From Nitrospirota bacterium (GTDB taxonomy: Bacteria > Nitrospirota > Leptospirillia > Leptospirillales > Leptospirillaceae), in assembly GCA_021785195.1 (NCBI GenBank), contig JAJYGC010000020.1, positions 5,817-69,816 of the forward strand: DNA of 64,000 bases, in the 5' to 3' direction. Under the pieces are notes generated by a model, which saw only the letters and a list, made by a program, of their open reading frames with translations, had not been told where the DNA came from and searched no databases. The translations under genes and the position numbers were made by a program. Positions 32,606 through 41,771 of this stretch are shown piece after piece; position 1 is the stretch's first letter, and each line of letters begins with the position of its first letter.

Positions 32606-34654
32606 ATGACCCAAATGCTGAAGGACGGGATATCCCCGCTCTCCCTTTCCTTGATGGTGATGGCGGGTTGGACGTTTTGTGGCCTTCTGGGCTATGGGCT
32701 GTCCCGGATGTCCGGTCGAGTGCTCACCTCCGTCTTTTATTGGTCCGCGTTGCTTGGCCTTCTTCTTGTGTATTCCGGAATCTGGAGCGTCGCCGATGAC
32801 AGAAATGACGCGCTCCGGCTCCCCTTGGGCCTCCCCGGCCTTCCGTTCCACCTCAGGCAGGATCTGTTGTCGGGGTATTTTCTCGTTGTGCTGGGAAGTG
32901 TTGCCGCAGCGGTTTCTTTCTATTCATGCGGATTCTTCAAGAAGGAGACCCCTCGCCGATTCGGGTGGCTCTCCCTGTGGATCCCGGTTTTTCTGGCGGC
33001 CATGACCGGGGTGTTGGTTGCCGATGATGCTTTTGTGTTTCTCCTGTTCTGGGAAGCCATGGCGCTGGTCTCGTTTTTTCTGGTGATCACCGATTTCAGT
33101 GGGGCGCGGATCCGTGAGGCCGGATTCCTTTACCTGTTGTTGGCCCATCTCGGCACAAGCCTGCTCCTGATCTCTTTCGTGCTCCTTTCCCTGGGAAGCC
33201 CGAAGTCCGGTCTGGGGGCCCTTTCCTTTGACAGCCTTCGAAATGGCTCCCTTGCTCCGGGAATGATGATTGCCGTCTTCTTCCTTTCCCTGGCAGGATT
33301 TGGCGCAAAGGCCGGCATTCTTCCGCTCCACATCTGGCTCCCGGAAGCCCATCCGGCAGCTCCGGCCCCGGTTTCGGCCCTGATGAGCGGGGTCATGCTG
33401 AAAATGGCCATTTATGGCCTGGTGAGGATGGACCTCGGACTCCTGGGGATCAAGCACCTGGTCCCGGTCATGGGTGCGGTTATTTTGGTGCTGGGGGCCG
33501 TTTCCGCCCTGTTCGGCGTGCTCCATGCCCTGATGCAACACGAGCCCAAAAGGCTTCTGGCCTATCATTCGATTGAAAATATCGGGATCATCCTGATCGG
33601 ATTCGGGCTCTCAATCCTATTTTTTACGACGCACCACCCCATTCCGGCCACCATCGCGCTGTCGGCCTCGCTTTTCCATACCCTGAACCACGCCCTGTTC
33701 AAGAGCCTCCTGTTTCTGGGGGTCGGATCCGTGATTGCCGAAACCGGATCCCACGACATCAATCATCTGGGGGGATTGATGCGCCGGATGCCCTACACAG
33801 GGTTCTTCTTTTTGATCGGATCCCTTTCCATCTCAGGTCTTCCGCCCTTCAACGGGTTCGTTTCAGAATGGCTGACCTTCCAGTCCGCACTATGGGCCAC
33901 CGACCTTGGAGAAACCTTTTACCGGAGTCTTGTGGTCCTGGCCGCGGCCCTTCTGGCGCTGGCAAGCGCGTTGACCGCCATGTGTTTCGTAAAAGTCGTC
34001 GGGGTTTCATTTTTGGGGAACCCGAGAGGTCCGGGGGCCGGAAATGCCCGGGAAACCGGAATCCATGAGCGGTTGGGGATGGGATTTCTGGCTGCCGGCT
34101 GCATCGGGCTCGGGATTTTCCCTGTCCCTGTCCTTGCGGGGATCGACCGGGTGATCCGGTCGGTCATCGGGGCCGGGCTTCCGATTCCCCCCCTTTCCCA
34201 GACATGGTTGTGGCTGGTTCCCGTATCCCCAAGGCAGGCCCAGTACAGCCCGGTTCTCCTTGCCGGTTCGTTCGCGCTGGTCATTGGGCTGACGTGGGTC
34301 GTCGTCCGGCTCTTTTCCGGGAAAAACGCCAAAGGGGTTTTTCCCACCTGGAATTCGGGATATCCCTTCCGGACGGCCCGGATGCAGGATTCCGCAGACG
34401 CGTTCGGTCAGCCGATCCGCCACTTCTTCTCTCCTTTTTTCCTGATCGACCGGCATCTTCCCGATCCTTCGGATCCCCAACCCGAATATCGTCTCAAGGT
34501 CGAGGACCCGCACTGGAAATTCCTTTACCGCCCGGTGACCCGGATGATCCTTTTTCTCTCCGGACTGGCGGAACGCCTGAGGAATCCGAGAATCTCTGTT
34601 TACCTTGTGTACAGTTTCATAACCCTTTTCCTGTTGCTGATTCTCTTGAGGTGA
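32606..34654 (+). CDS. HyfB/HycC-like (NuoL-type) antiporter-like membrane subunit
   Basis: 682-aa polytopic protein. Mrp/NuoL-family segments are present (LFWEAMALVSFFLV, AKAGILPLHIWLPEAHPAAPAPVSALMSGVMLK). Confidence 0.85.
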   Translation: MTQMLKDGISPLSLSLMVMAGWTFCGLLGYGLSRMSGRVLTSVFYWSALLGLLLVYSGIWSVADDRNDALRLPLGLPGLPFHLRQDLLSGYFLVVLGSVAAAVSFYSCGFFKKETPRRFGWLSLWIPVFLAAMTGVLVADDAFVFLLFWEAMALVSFFLVITDFSGARIREAGFLYLLLAHLGTSLLLISFVLLSLGSPKSGLGALSFDSLRNGSLAPGMMIAVFFLSLAGFGAKAGILPLHIWLPEAHPAAPAPVSALMSGVMLKMAIYGLVRMDLGLLGIKHLVPVMGAVILVLGAVSALFGVLHALMQHEPKRLLAYHSIENIGIILIGFGLSILFFTTHHPIPATIALSASLFHTLNHALFKSLLFLGVGSVIAETGSHDINHLGGLMRRMPYTGFFFLIGSLSISGLPPFNGFVSEWLTFQSALWATDLGETFYRSLVVLAAALLALASALTAMCFVKVVGVSFLGNPRGPGAGNARETGIHERLGMGFLAAGCIGLGIFPVPVLAGIDRVIRSVIGAGLPIPPLSQTWLWLVPVSPRQAQYSPVLLAGSFALVIGLTWVVVRLFSGKNAKGVFPTWNSGYPFRTARMQDSADAFGQPIRHFFSPFFLIDRHLPDPSDPQPEYRLKVEDPHWKFLYRPVTRMILFLSGLAERLRNPRISVYLVYSFITLFLLLILLR

Positions 34655-34658
34655 GCGT

Positions 34659-35612
34659 GTGAGTGGTGGGGCAGGTTCCGTTCTCGGCAGTTTCTTCCAG
34701 ATCGTCCTGGTGGGGGTTCTGGGGCCCTTGTTGGTCGGATGGGTCAATTGGGTGAGGGGGGTCCTCTCCAACCGGAAGCCCCCCAGCGTCATCCAGCCCT
34801 TTCGGGATCTCTTCAAGCTTTTCCGGAAGGAAACGATTCGTCCTTCCGGAACCTCCGCTCTTTTTGGCCTGGCGCCTTATGTGGTGTTCTCCGCGATGGT
34901 GGTGGCTTCTTTGCTGATTCCGGTTGTTTCCACGGTGTCCGGGGGCCGGGCCATGGGAGATGCGATCGTTTTGGTGGGGCTGTTCGCCTTGGCCAGGGTG
35001 TTCATGGCGCTGGCCGCCATGGACACCGGCACCCCTTTTGGGGGAATGGGGGGGCGGCGAGAGATGATGGTCGGATTTTTGGCCGAGCCCGCAACCATCC
35101 TTGTGCTGTTCACGACCTACCTGTTGTCCCATTCCACCATGACGGGAGTGACGTCAGAGGTGGTCAGGGAGGGAAGCGTCCTGCCCACCCCCAGTCTCGT
35201 TTTCGGGGCCCTGGCGTATTTTCTGATCCTGCTGGGGGAAAACAGCCGGATCCCGATTGACAATCCGGCCACCCACCTGGAGCTCACGATGATTCATGAG
35301 GCGATGCTTCTGGAATACTCCGGACGGAATCTGGCCTTGATGGAGTGGGGAAGTTCCATCAAGTTGCTCCTGTATCTTCTCTTGGGGATCAGCTTTTTCC
35401 TCCCCTGGGGGATGAGCGGCAGTCCGGGATGGCAGGGAGATCTTCTGGCCCTCGCCGCCCTTGGGGGGAAACTCGTCGTGGCGGGGGCGGCTCTGGCCCT
35501 CTTTGAAACCCTCATGGCGAAACTCAGGATCTTCCGTGTCCCGGAATTCATGACCCTGGCTTTCCTGCTGGCCATTCTGGGTTTTCTTTCCCATTTCATT
35601 CTCGAGGTCTGA
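34659..35612 (+). CDS. HycD/HyfC-like (NuoH-type) membrane subunit
   Basis: VIQPFRDLFKLFRKE and the ENSRIPIDNPATHLELTMIHEAMLLEYSG motif are characteristic of HycD/NuoH. Confidence 0.85.
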   Translation: MSGGAGSVLGSFFQIVLVGVLGPLLVGWVNWVRGVLSNRKPPSVIQPFRDLFKLFRKETIRPSGTSALFGLAPYVVFSAMVVASLLIPVVSTVSGGRAMGDAIVLVGLFALARVFMALAAMDTGTPFGGMGGRREMMVGFLAEPATILVLFTTYLLSHSTMTGVTSEVVREGSVLPTPSLVFGALAYFLILLGENSRIPIDNPATHLELTMIHEAMLLEYSGRNLALMEWGSSIKLLLYLLLGISFFLPWGMSGSPGWQGDLLALAALGGKLVVAGAALALFETLMAKLRIFRVPEFMTLAFLLAILGFLSHFILEV

Positions 35613-36275
35613 ATGAACCATCCGGTCGAACAGTCCGTGATCCAGCTTCTGGGGGGCCTGCTCCTGCTGACGGTCTTTGTCATGCTGTCGATCCGGAGAA
35701 TCTTCACGATGATCCGGGTATTCACGGTGCAGGGGATCATCCTCACGGCCAATGCCGTATTCGTCGGGGCGATCTCGGGGGAGGAACATCTTTTCCTGCT
35801 GGCCTTCTTCACCCTTGTCCTGAAAGTGGTCGTCCTCCCCGTTCTTCTGTTCCGGCTGATTCATCGGCTGAGACTCCGGGGGGATGTCGAGGTCGTGGTG
35901 AATGTGCCACTGACGATGGTGACCGGAATCCTGATTGTCGTGTTTGCCTCCAGCCTCGCGGCTCCGTTGACGATGATGGCGAGCACGATTTCAAGGGGTT
36001 TGATCGGGTTCGGACTTTCCACGGTCCTCCTGTCGTTTCTGGTCATTCTGTCGAGGCGCAAGGCCATCACCCAGGTGCTGGGGCTTCTCAGTCTTGAAAA
36101 CGGCCTTTTGTTTTCGGCGATTAACGCGACCTACGGGATGCCCATGATTGTCGAGTTTGGGGTGGCGCTCGATGTCCTGGTCGGGACCCTTCTGTTCGGA
36201 GTGTTCTTTTTTCAAATCCGGGAAAGTTTCGAGAATCTTGATCTTGAGCGATTGGAAAAAACATGGGAAGACTGA
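35613..36275 (+). CDS. HyfE-like (NuoK-related) membrane subunit
   Basis: 220-aa hydrophobic protein at the hyfE position in the gene order, with LGLLSLENGLLF. Confidence 0.7.
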   Translation: MNHPVEQSVIQLLGGLLLLTVFVMLSIRRIFTMIRVFTVQGIILTANAVFVGAISGEEHLFLLAFFTLVLKVVVLPVLLFRLIHRLRLRGDVEVVVNVPLTMVTGILIVVFASSLAAPLTMMASTISRGLIGFGLSTVLLSFLVILSRRKAITQVLGLLSLENGLLFSAINATYGMPMIVEFGVALDVLVGTLLFGVFFFQIRESFENLDLERLEKTWED

Positions 36276-36279
36276 AGAG

Positions 36280-37734
36280 ATGGACATACTCGCGACACTT
36301 TTGATTCCGTTGTCCGCCGCCGGCGTCCTGGCTCTTTTCGGGGCCCGGTCCTGGGCGCCACGCTTCAATGTGGTGGCCTCCGGGATGGTGTTCCTTTCTG
36401 CGCTGGAGGTTGCCCGCCATGTTTCGGGGAAGGGAATCTTTGCCCTGTCGAACCAGCTTTTTGCCGATGACCTGAATATCATTTTTGTGGTTCTGACCGG
36501 TCTGGTGGCGACGACAACCTCTGTTTTTTCCGTACACTATGTCCGATTCGAGGTGGAAAGGGGACAGTTCGATTCAGGGCGTCTCCGGCTGTACCACAGC
36601 ATGTACCAGATGCTGGTCTTTGCCATGCTGCTGGGGCTTTTCTCGAATAACCTCGGGCTGTTGTGGGTCGCCCTGGAAGCGGCGACCCTCTCCAATGCGT
36701 TCTTGATCAGCCTGTACCGTTCTCCCAAAAGTCTGGAAGCGGCGTGGAAATATTTCGTTCTGCTGGGGGTGGGAATCGCCCAGGCATTCTTTGGCCTCAT
36801 CCTGTTGTACTTTGCCGCGGAAAAGGAATTGGGGCCCGGAGGCATGGCCCTTCTCTGGACCAACTTAAACCAGGTCAAATCCCATCTGAATCCCCAGGTT
36901 CTGCTGCTCTCGTTCATTTTCTTCTTTGTGGGATTCGGGACCAAGGTCGGGATCGTTCCCCTGCATGGATGGCTCCCGGACGCCCATGCCGAAGGTCCGA
37001 CCCCCGCCTCGGCCATCCTGTCCGGCCTTTTGTTGAATGTGGCGCTCTATGCCATTATCCGGATCAAGGTTCTCGTGGACGGTTCGCTGGGGGTGTCCTT
37101 TACCTCCGGGATCCTCATCGTGTTCGGCCTGTTGAGCCTATGGGTGGCCGTCTTCTCCATGTGGGGAAGAAAGGATGTCAAACGTCTTTTTTCCTATTCC
37201 TCCATCGAGCATTTGGGAATCGCCACACTGGGTTTTGGGGTCGGAGGGGAGATCGGGACCCTGGCGGCCCTCCTCCACATGACCTTTCACAGCCTCACGA
37301 AATCCTCCCTTTTTTTCCTGGTGGGAACCGTCTCCCAATGGTGTGGCTCCCAGAAGTTCGAGGGGATCCGGGGGGTGCTGAAATACACCCCGTTTCTCGG
37401 CTGGTCCCTGATCCTGTCGGTCTGTGCGATTCTCGGGGTCCCACCGTTCGGGATCTTCACCAGCGAGTTTCTGATTTTTGACGCGCTTTTGCACTGGAGC
37501 CCCTGGGCAGCCCCCTTTCTTGCCATCGCACTTGCCGTGGCGTTCGGGGTCCTGATGAAAAGGGTACTGGAACTGGTGGCCGGGGAGACGGCTCCCTCCG
37601 GTCCCCTTCCATCCTTTTCCCGGGTGCCCGTGGGAATCCATCTTTTCCTTGTCCTGATCCTGGGCCTCGGACTTCCCTCTTTTCTTTGGGGATGGTATCA
37701 AAATGCGGCCCGTTATCTGCTTGGAACCTTATGA
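36280..37734 (+). CDS. HyfF-like (NuoM/N-type) antiporter-like membrane subunit
   Basis: Start moved to ATG 36280, 4 nt after the preceding stop. Contains GTKVGIVPLHGWLPDAHAEGPTPASAILSGLLLN. Confidence 0.85.
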   Translation: MDILATLLIPLSAAGVLALFGARSWAPRFNVVASGMVFLSALEVARHVSGKGIFALSNQLFADDLNIIFVVLTGLVATTTSVFSVHYVRFEVERGQFDSGRLRLYHSMYQMLVFAMLLGLFSNNLGLLWVALEAATLSNAFLISLYRSPKSLEAAWKYFVLLGVGIAQAFFGLILLYFAAEKELGPGGMALLWTNLNQVKSHLNPQVLLLSFIFFFVGFGTKVGIVPLHGWLPDAHAEGPTPASAILSGLLLNVALYAIIRIKVLVDGSLGVSFTSGILIVFGLLSLWVAVFSMWGRKDVKRLFSYSSIEHLGIATLGFGVGGEIGTLAALLHMTFHSLTKSSLFFLVGTVSQWCGSQKFEGIRGVLKYTPFLGWSLILSVCAILGVPPFGIFTSEFLIFDALLHWSPWAAPFLAIALAVAFGVLMKRVLELVAGETAPSGPLPSFSRVPVGIHLFLVLILGLGLPSFLWGWYQNAARYLLGTL

Positions 37735-37747
37735 GGGAGGTCCCGCG

Positions 37748-39319
37748 ATGAACCCGACCGAATACGGCCCAGGACCTGAACCCTGCTTCACGCCGGGAAG
37801 TCCAACGAAATTCGTCGTGCCCTGCTCCCGGGTGACGCCCGATTCGTCCGCGGACTACCTGTCGGGGGTGAACAGGGTTCTGAATCGGGGAGGAAGGCTG
37901 GTCTCACTCTGGGGATCCTGGGCCGATGAGAGGGCCCCGGTGTTGTTTTCGGCCTTCTCGGACGCCGAAGGGCTGCTCCTGTTCCGTCTGGGGATTTCCG
38001 CCCTGGAGAGGACCTTTCCTTCCATCGCCTTCCTGTTTCCCTTGGCGAACCGTCTGGAGAGGGCCGTGCGGGATCTGTACGGATGGGATCCCGAAGGGCT
38101 CCCCGACCCGAGGCCATGGCTGGATCACGGCCTGTGGACACGTCCTCCGATGGTTCCTCCGGGGGTCTCCCCTGCGGAACGGCCTGTCCGGGAGGATTCT
38201 TTTTCGGAAGATTACCGGTTTGTCCGCGTTGAGGGGGAGGGGGTCCATGAGATTCCGGTCGGACCCGTTCATGCCGGAATCATCGAGCCGGGCCATTTTC
38301 GTTTCCAGGTGGTGGGAGAGAAGGTTCTGCGGATGGAAGAGCGGTTCGGGTTCACCCACAAGGGGGTCAGGTCCCTGTTCCGGAACCGGCCTCTGGGTGA
38401 AGCCATCTCCCTTGCGGGAAGGATTTCGGGGGACTCCACGGTGGCTTACCAGACGGCATTTTCCGATGCGGTCGAATCGGCCACGGGATCCGTCCCCCCC
38501 CTGAGGGCCCGATGGATCCGTTCCATCCTGCTGGAGCGCGAACGGATCGCCAATCATCTGGGCGACCTCGGGGCCCTGGGCAACGATGCCGGCTTTGGCT
38601 TCGGCCAGATCCAGTTCGGCCGTCTGAAAGAGGAATTCCTGCGGACCAATCAACAAATGTTCGGACATCGCTACCTGATGGATGCGGTCATTCCGGGAGG
38701 GGTGTTTCGGGATCTGGGTCCAGGGGAGATCACTGTGTTGCGGAAGGAATGCTCCAGGGTCAAGGAAGGGGTTCTGGAGCTCAAGACGATCTATGACGAG
38801 CACGGAGGATTGCAGGACAGGTTTTCCGGGACCGGATGGCTCGACCCCATGCTGGCGGGCCGATGGGGATTGGGGGGGGTGGTCGGAAGGGCCAGTGGCC
38901 AAATGTACGATCTGAGACATACCCATCCGGTTCCCCCGTACGACAAGGTGCGTGTTCCGGTGTCGATTTCCCGCAGGGGGGATGTGGCGGCCAGGGTGCA
39001 GGTCCGCTTTCAGGAAATCCGGCATTCCCTGTCTTTCCTCGATTCGGTTCTTGAATCGATGCCGGACGGGTCCTTCTTCAACCCGCTGGAAGAGTCGTTC
39101 TCCGGGTCTGAAGGAATCGGCTGGGTGGAGGGGTGGCGGGGTGAGGTACTCTGCTGGGTGCGTCTCGGAACCGGACTCACCGTTCTCGATGCCCATTGCC
39201 ACGACCCGTCCTGGATCCTTTGGCCGGCGCTTGAACAGACGATTCCGGGAAATCTGGTGGCAGACTTTCCCTTGATCAACAAATCGTTCAACCTCAGCTA
39301 CAGCGGGCACGATCTGTGA
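37748..39319 (+). CDS. Fused NuoC-NuoD / HycE-like 'large subunit' lacking all four NiFe cysteine ligands
   Basis: GPVHAGIIEPGHFRF and ERERIANHLGDLG are group-4 hydrogenase/NuoD hallmarks. The metal-site motifs read RISGDS (38420-38437) and NLSYSGHDL-stop (39290-39319) instead of R-x-C-G-x-C and D-P-C-x-x-C-x-x-R. RBS GAGGGAGG precedes ATG 37748. Confidence 0.85.
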   Translation: MNPTEYGPGPEPCFTPGSPTKFVVPCSRVTPDSSADYLSGVNRVLNRGGRLVSLWGSWADERAPVLFSAFSDAEGLLLFRLGISALERTFPSIAFLFPLANRLERAVRDLYGWDPEGLPDPRPWLDHGLWTRPPMVPPGVSPAERPVREDSFSEDYRFVRVEGEGVHEIPVGPVHAGIIEPGHFRFQVVGEKVLRMEERFGFTHKGVRSLFRNRPLGEAISLAGRISGDSTVAYQTAFSDAVESATGSVPPLRARWIRSILLERERIANHLGDLGALGNDAGFGFGQIQFGRLKEEFLRTNQQMFGHRYLMDAVIPGGVFRDLGPGEITVLRKECSRVKEGVLELKTIYDEHGGLQDRFSGTGWLDPMLAGRWGLGGVVGRASGQMYDLRHTHPVPPYDKVRVPVSISRRGDVAARVQVRFQEIRHSLSFLDSVLESMPDGSFFNPLEESFSGSEGIGWVEGWRGEVLCWVRLGTGLTVLDAHCHDPSWILWPALEQTIPGNLVADFPLINKSFNLSYSGHDL

Positions 39320-39364
39320 TCGGGGGCGGCGGGGGACCGGATCGTCTTATGAGGAGGATGAGCC

Positions 39365-39859
39365 ATGCATAAAATACTGCTGAAGATTTTCAGGACCGGA
39401 AATTTGACCGAACCCTTGCCAGTCCCCGCCCCTCCCCTGGAGAAGCCCTGTTCCCTGGCCAGGGGGAGCCTTTCCATCCGACACGTGGATGCCGGTTCGT
39501 GCAATGCGTGTGAGCTGGAGCTCCATGCCCTCAATCAGTCGATCTATTCCCCGGAGACCCTCGGGATCCGTTTTGTGGCCTCTCCGCGGCACGCGGATGC
39601 CCTGCTGGTGACGGGTCCGGTAACCCTGGCCATGAAGGAAGCCCTGAAGGCCACCGCCGGGGCGACGCCGAACCCACGCGCCATCATCGCGATGGGCGAC
39701 TGTGCCATAAACGGGGGAGTCTTCAGGGGAAGCTATGCCGTGGCAGGAGGGGTGGCGGAGGTGATTGCGGTGGATGGACAGATTCCGGGCTGTCCTCCGG
39801 CTCCGGGACAGATTTTGGCCTTCCTCGAGCGACTGGCCTTGCCTGAACCCCATCCTTGA
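39365..39859 (+). CDS. NuoB/HycG-like small subunit (4Fe-4S)
   Basis: GSCNACELE, SPRHAD, GDCAINGG and IPGCPP, so all four cluster cysteines are retained. RBS GAGGAGGA. Confidence 0.88.
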   Translation: MHKILLKIFRTGNLTEPLPVPAPPLEKPCSLARGSLSIRHVDAGSCNACELELHALNQSIYSPETLGIRFVASPRHADALLVTGPVTLAMKEALKATAGATPNPRAIIAMGDCAINGGVFRGSYAVAGGVAEVIAVDGQIPGCPPAPGQILAFLERLALPEPHP

Positions 39860-40007
39860 TTGTCCGAAAACACCGAATCCAGAACGGACTGCACGGACTG
39901 CAAGGGACTTTGCTTTTTGGACATGGTTTTTGGTAGACTCCCCTTTTGCTGTTATCGGCTGAATTTAGAAGCCGTTCGATCTGTTTCTCAGGAAAGGTGG
40001 AAGTGAA

Positions 40008-40328
40008 ATGGCACAGTTTGCCGTTGTCCGAACGGGCGGTAAGATGTACCGCGTGACTCCCGGACAGGTGTTGGTGGTGGAGCGATTGGCTGCGGAAGGG
40101 GAAGTGGCCCTGACCGATGTCCTGATGGTTTCCGATGAAGCCGGAACCTCGTTTGCGGAAGGCGGAGCTTCTCTCCCGGTGACCGTGAAGGCCCGGATTG
40201 TCCGGCAGGAACGGGATGCGAAGATCATCGTGTTCAAGAAAAAGCGCAGAAAGAACTATCGTCGGAAACAGGGCCACAGACAGGCCGTATCCCGCATCCA
40301 GATCCTGGAGATTGTGCGCGGCGCCTAA
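40008..40328 (+). CDS. rplU: 50S ribosomal protein L21
   Basis: FAVVRTGGKMYRV...IIVFKKKRRKNYRRKQGHRQ. Confidence 0.93.
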   Translation: MAQFAVVRTGGKMYRVTPGQVLVVERLAAEGEVALTDVLMVSDEAGTSFAEGGASLPVTVKARIVRQERDAKIIVFKKKRRKNYRRKQGHRQAVSRIQILEIVRGA

Positions 40329-40370
40329 GAGTGGATTCTGTGAGTTCAAAACAGCTATAAGGAGTGTTCC

Positions 40371-40649
40371 ATGGCCCATAAAAAAGGGGTAGGTTCAACC
40401 CGGAATGGTCGAGACAGCGAGTCGAAGCGCCTGGGTGTGAAACGGCACGACGGCCAGTTTGTCCTGGCCGGCAACATCCTGGTCCGACAGCGGGGAACGC
40501 AGTTCTATCCGGGAGACAACGTCGGAATGGGACGGGACTTCACCCTGTTCGCCAAGGAAACGGGTGTTGTGCATTTTGCCCGGTGGGGACGTGACCGCAA
40601 GAAGATCCATATCGTTCCGGGTCAAGTGGCCTCTTCGCCAGTAAACTGA
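40371..40649 (+). CDS. rpmA: 50S ribosomal protein L27
   Basis: [48 protein letters not shown]. Confidence 0.95.
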   Translation: MAHKKGVGSTRNGRDSESKRLGVKRHDGQFVLAGNILVRQRGTQFYPGDNVGMGRDFTLFAKETGVVHFARWGRDRKKIHIVPGQVASSPVN

Positions 40650-40676
40650 TTTTTTCCTCGAACGGATTGGATCGCC

Positions 40677-41771
40677 GTGCCCCAGTTTGTTGATGAAGCC
40701 CGGGTTTTTGTGGAATCCGGAAAAGGGGGTAACGGTTGCGTTTCCTTCAGGCGGGAAAAATTTGTTCCGAGAGGGGGTCCGGATGGCGGGGATGGCGGAG
40801 ATGGCGGAAGCGTCATCTTTGTGGGAACCCCACGAAAATCCACCCTGCTTGATTTCAAGCACCGGTCCACCCTCAAGGCGCAACCCGGCGAAGCCGGGCG
40901 CGGCAAAAAACAGCATGGTGCCAACGGTCGTTCCCTTGTGCTCGAGGTTCCCCTCGGGACACAGATCTTCAATGAAAGTGACGGGGTCCTGCTCCACGAT
41001 CTGACCGTCCCCGGACGCCGTGTCTTTGTAGCGAAGGGCGGACGCGGAGGACGTGGCAATGTCCATTTTGCCACCCCGACGAGGCAGACGCCCGATTTTT
41101 CGGAGCCCGGAGGGCCTTCCCAGTCCTTCCAGCTTCGTCTCGAACTCAAGGTGATGGCTCGCGTCGGATTGCTCGGATTTCCCAATGCCGGAAAATCCAC
41201 CTTCCTCTCCAGGGTCACCCGCGCCCATCCCCGCATCGCGTCCTATCCATTTACCACGCTGCACCCCCATCTGGGTGTTCTGATCCTGGGAACCCCTCCC
41301 GACGAAAAGGAAATCGTCATCGCCGACCTGCCGGGTCTGATTGAGGGGGCTCATGAGGGCAAGGGCCTGGGAATCCGCTTTCTGAAACACGTCGAACGGA
41401 CGGAAGTCCTACTCCATTTTGTGGATCTCACCGCGGAAAATTCCCGTGAGCCGGAAGAGGCCTATGCCATCGTCCGGAACGAGGTCCTTTCCTTCAATCC
41501 GGAGCTGGCGAGAAAGCCGGAGTTCCTGGTCGGAACGAAGAAGGATGCCGCCGACCCGGAACGGCTCGAACGGTTCCTCGCATTCCTGAGGACCCAGGGA
41601 CGCCCTGAACTGGTCATCTCTTCCCACACGGGGGAGGGGTTGGGGGACTTGTTGTCGCTGTTGGGGAGGACCCTTCCGGAGTTTCCGGCCGACCCTTCGG
41701 CTACCGCATTCGCCCCGTCGGGGGACTCGGACGGCTCGACCCTGGTTCCGGAGCGCATGGGGGGGGAATGA
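40677..41771 (+). CDS. obg: GTPase Obg/CgtA
   Basis: FVDEARVFVESGKGGNGCVSFRREKF, the glycine-rich GGPDGGDGGDGG, and the G1 motif GFPNAGKST. GTG start. Confidence 0.93.
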   Translation: MPQFVDEARVFVESGKGGNGCVSFRREKFVPRGGPDGGDGGDGGSVIFVGTPRKSTLLDFKHRSTLKAQPGEAGRGKKQHGANGRSLVLEVPLGTQIFNESDGVLLHDLTVPGRRVFVAKGGRGGRGNVHFATPTRQTPDFSEPGGPSQSFQLRLELKVMARVGLLGFPNAGKSTFLSRVTRAHPRIASYPFTTLHPHLGVLILGTPPDEKEIVIADLPGLIEGAHEGKGLGIRFLKHVERTEVLLHFVDLTAENSREPEEAYAIVRNEVLSFNPELARKPEFLVGTKKDAADPERLERFLAFLRTQGRPELVISSHTGEGLGDLLSLLGRTLPEFPADPSATAFAPSGDSDGSTLVPERMGGE

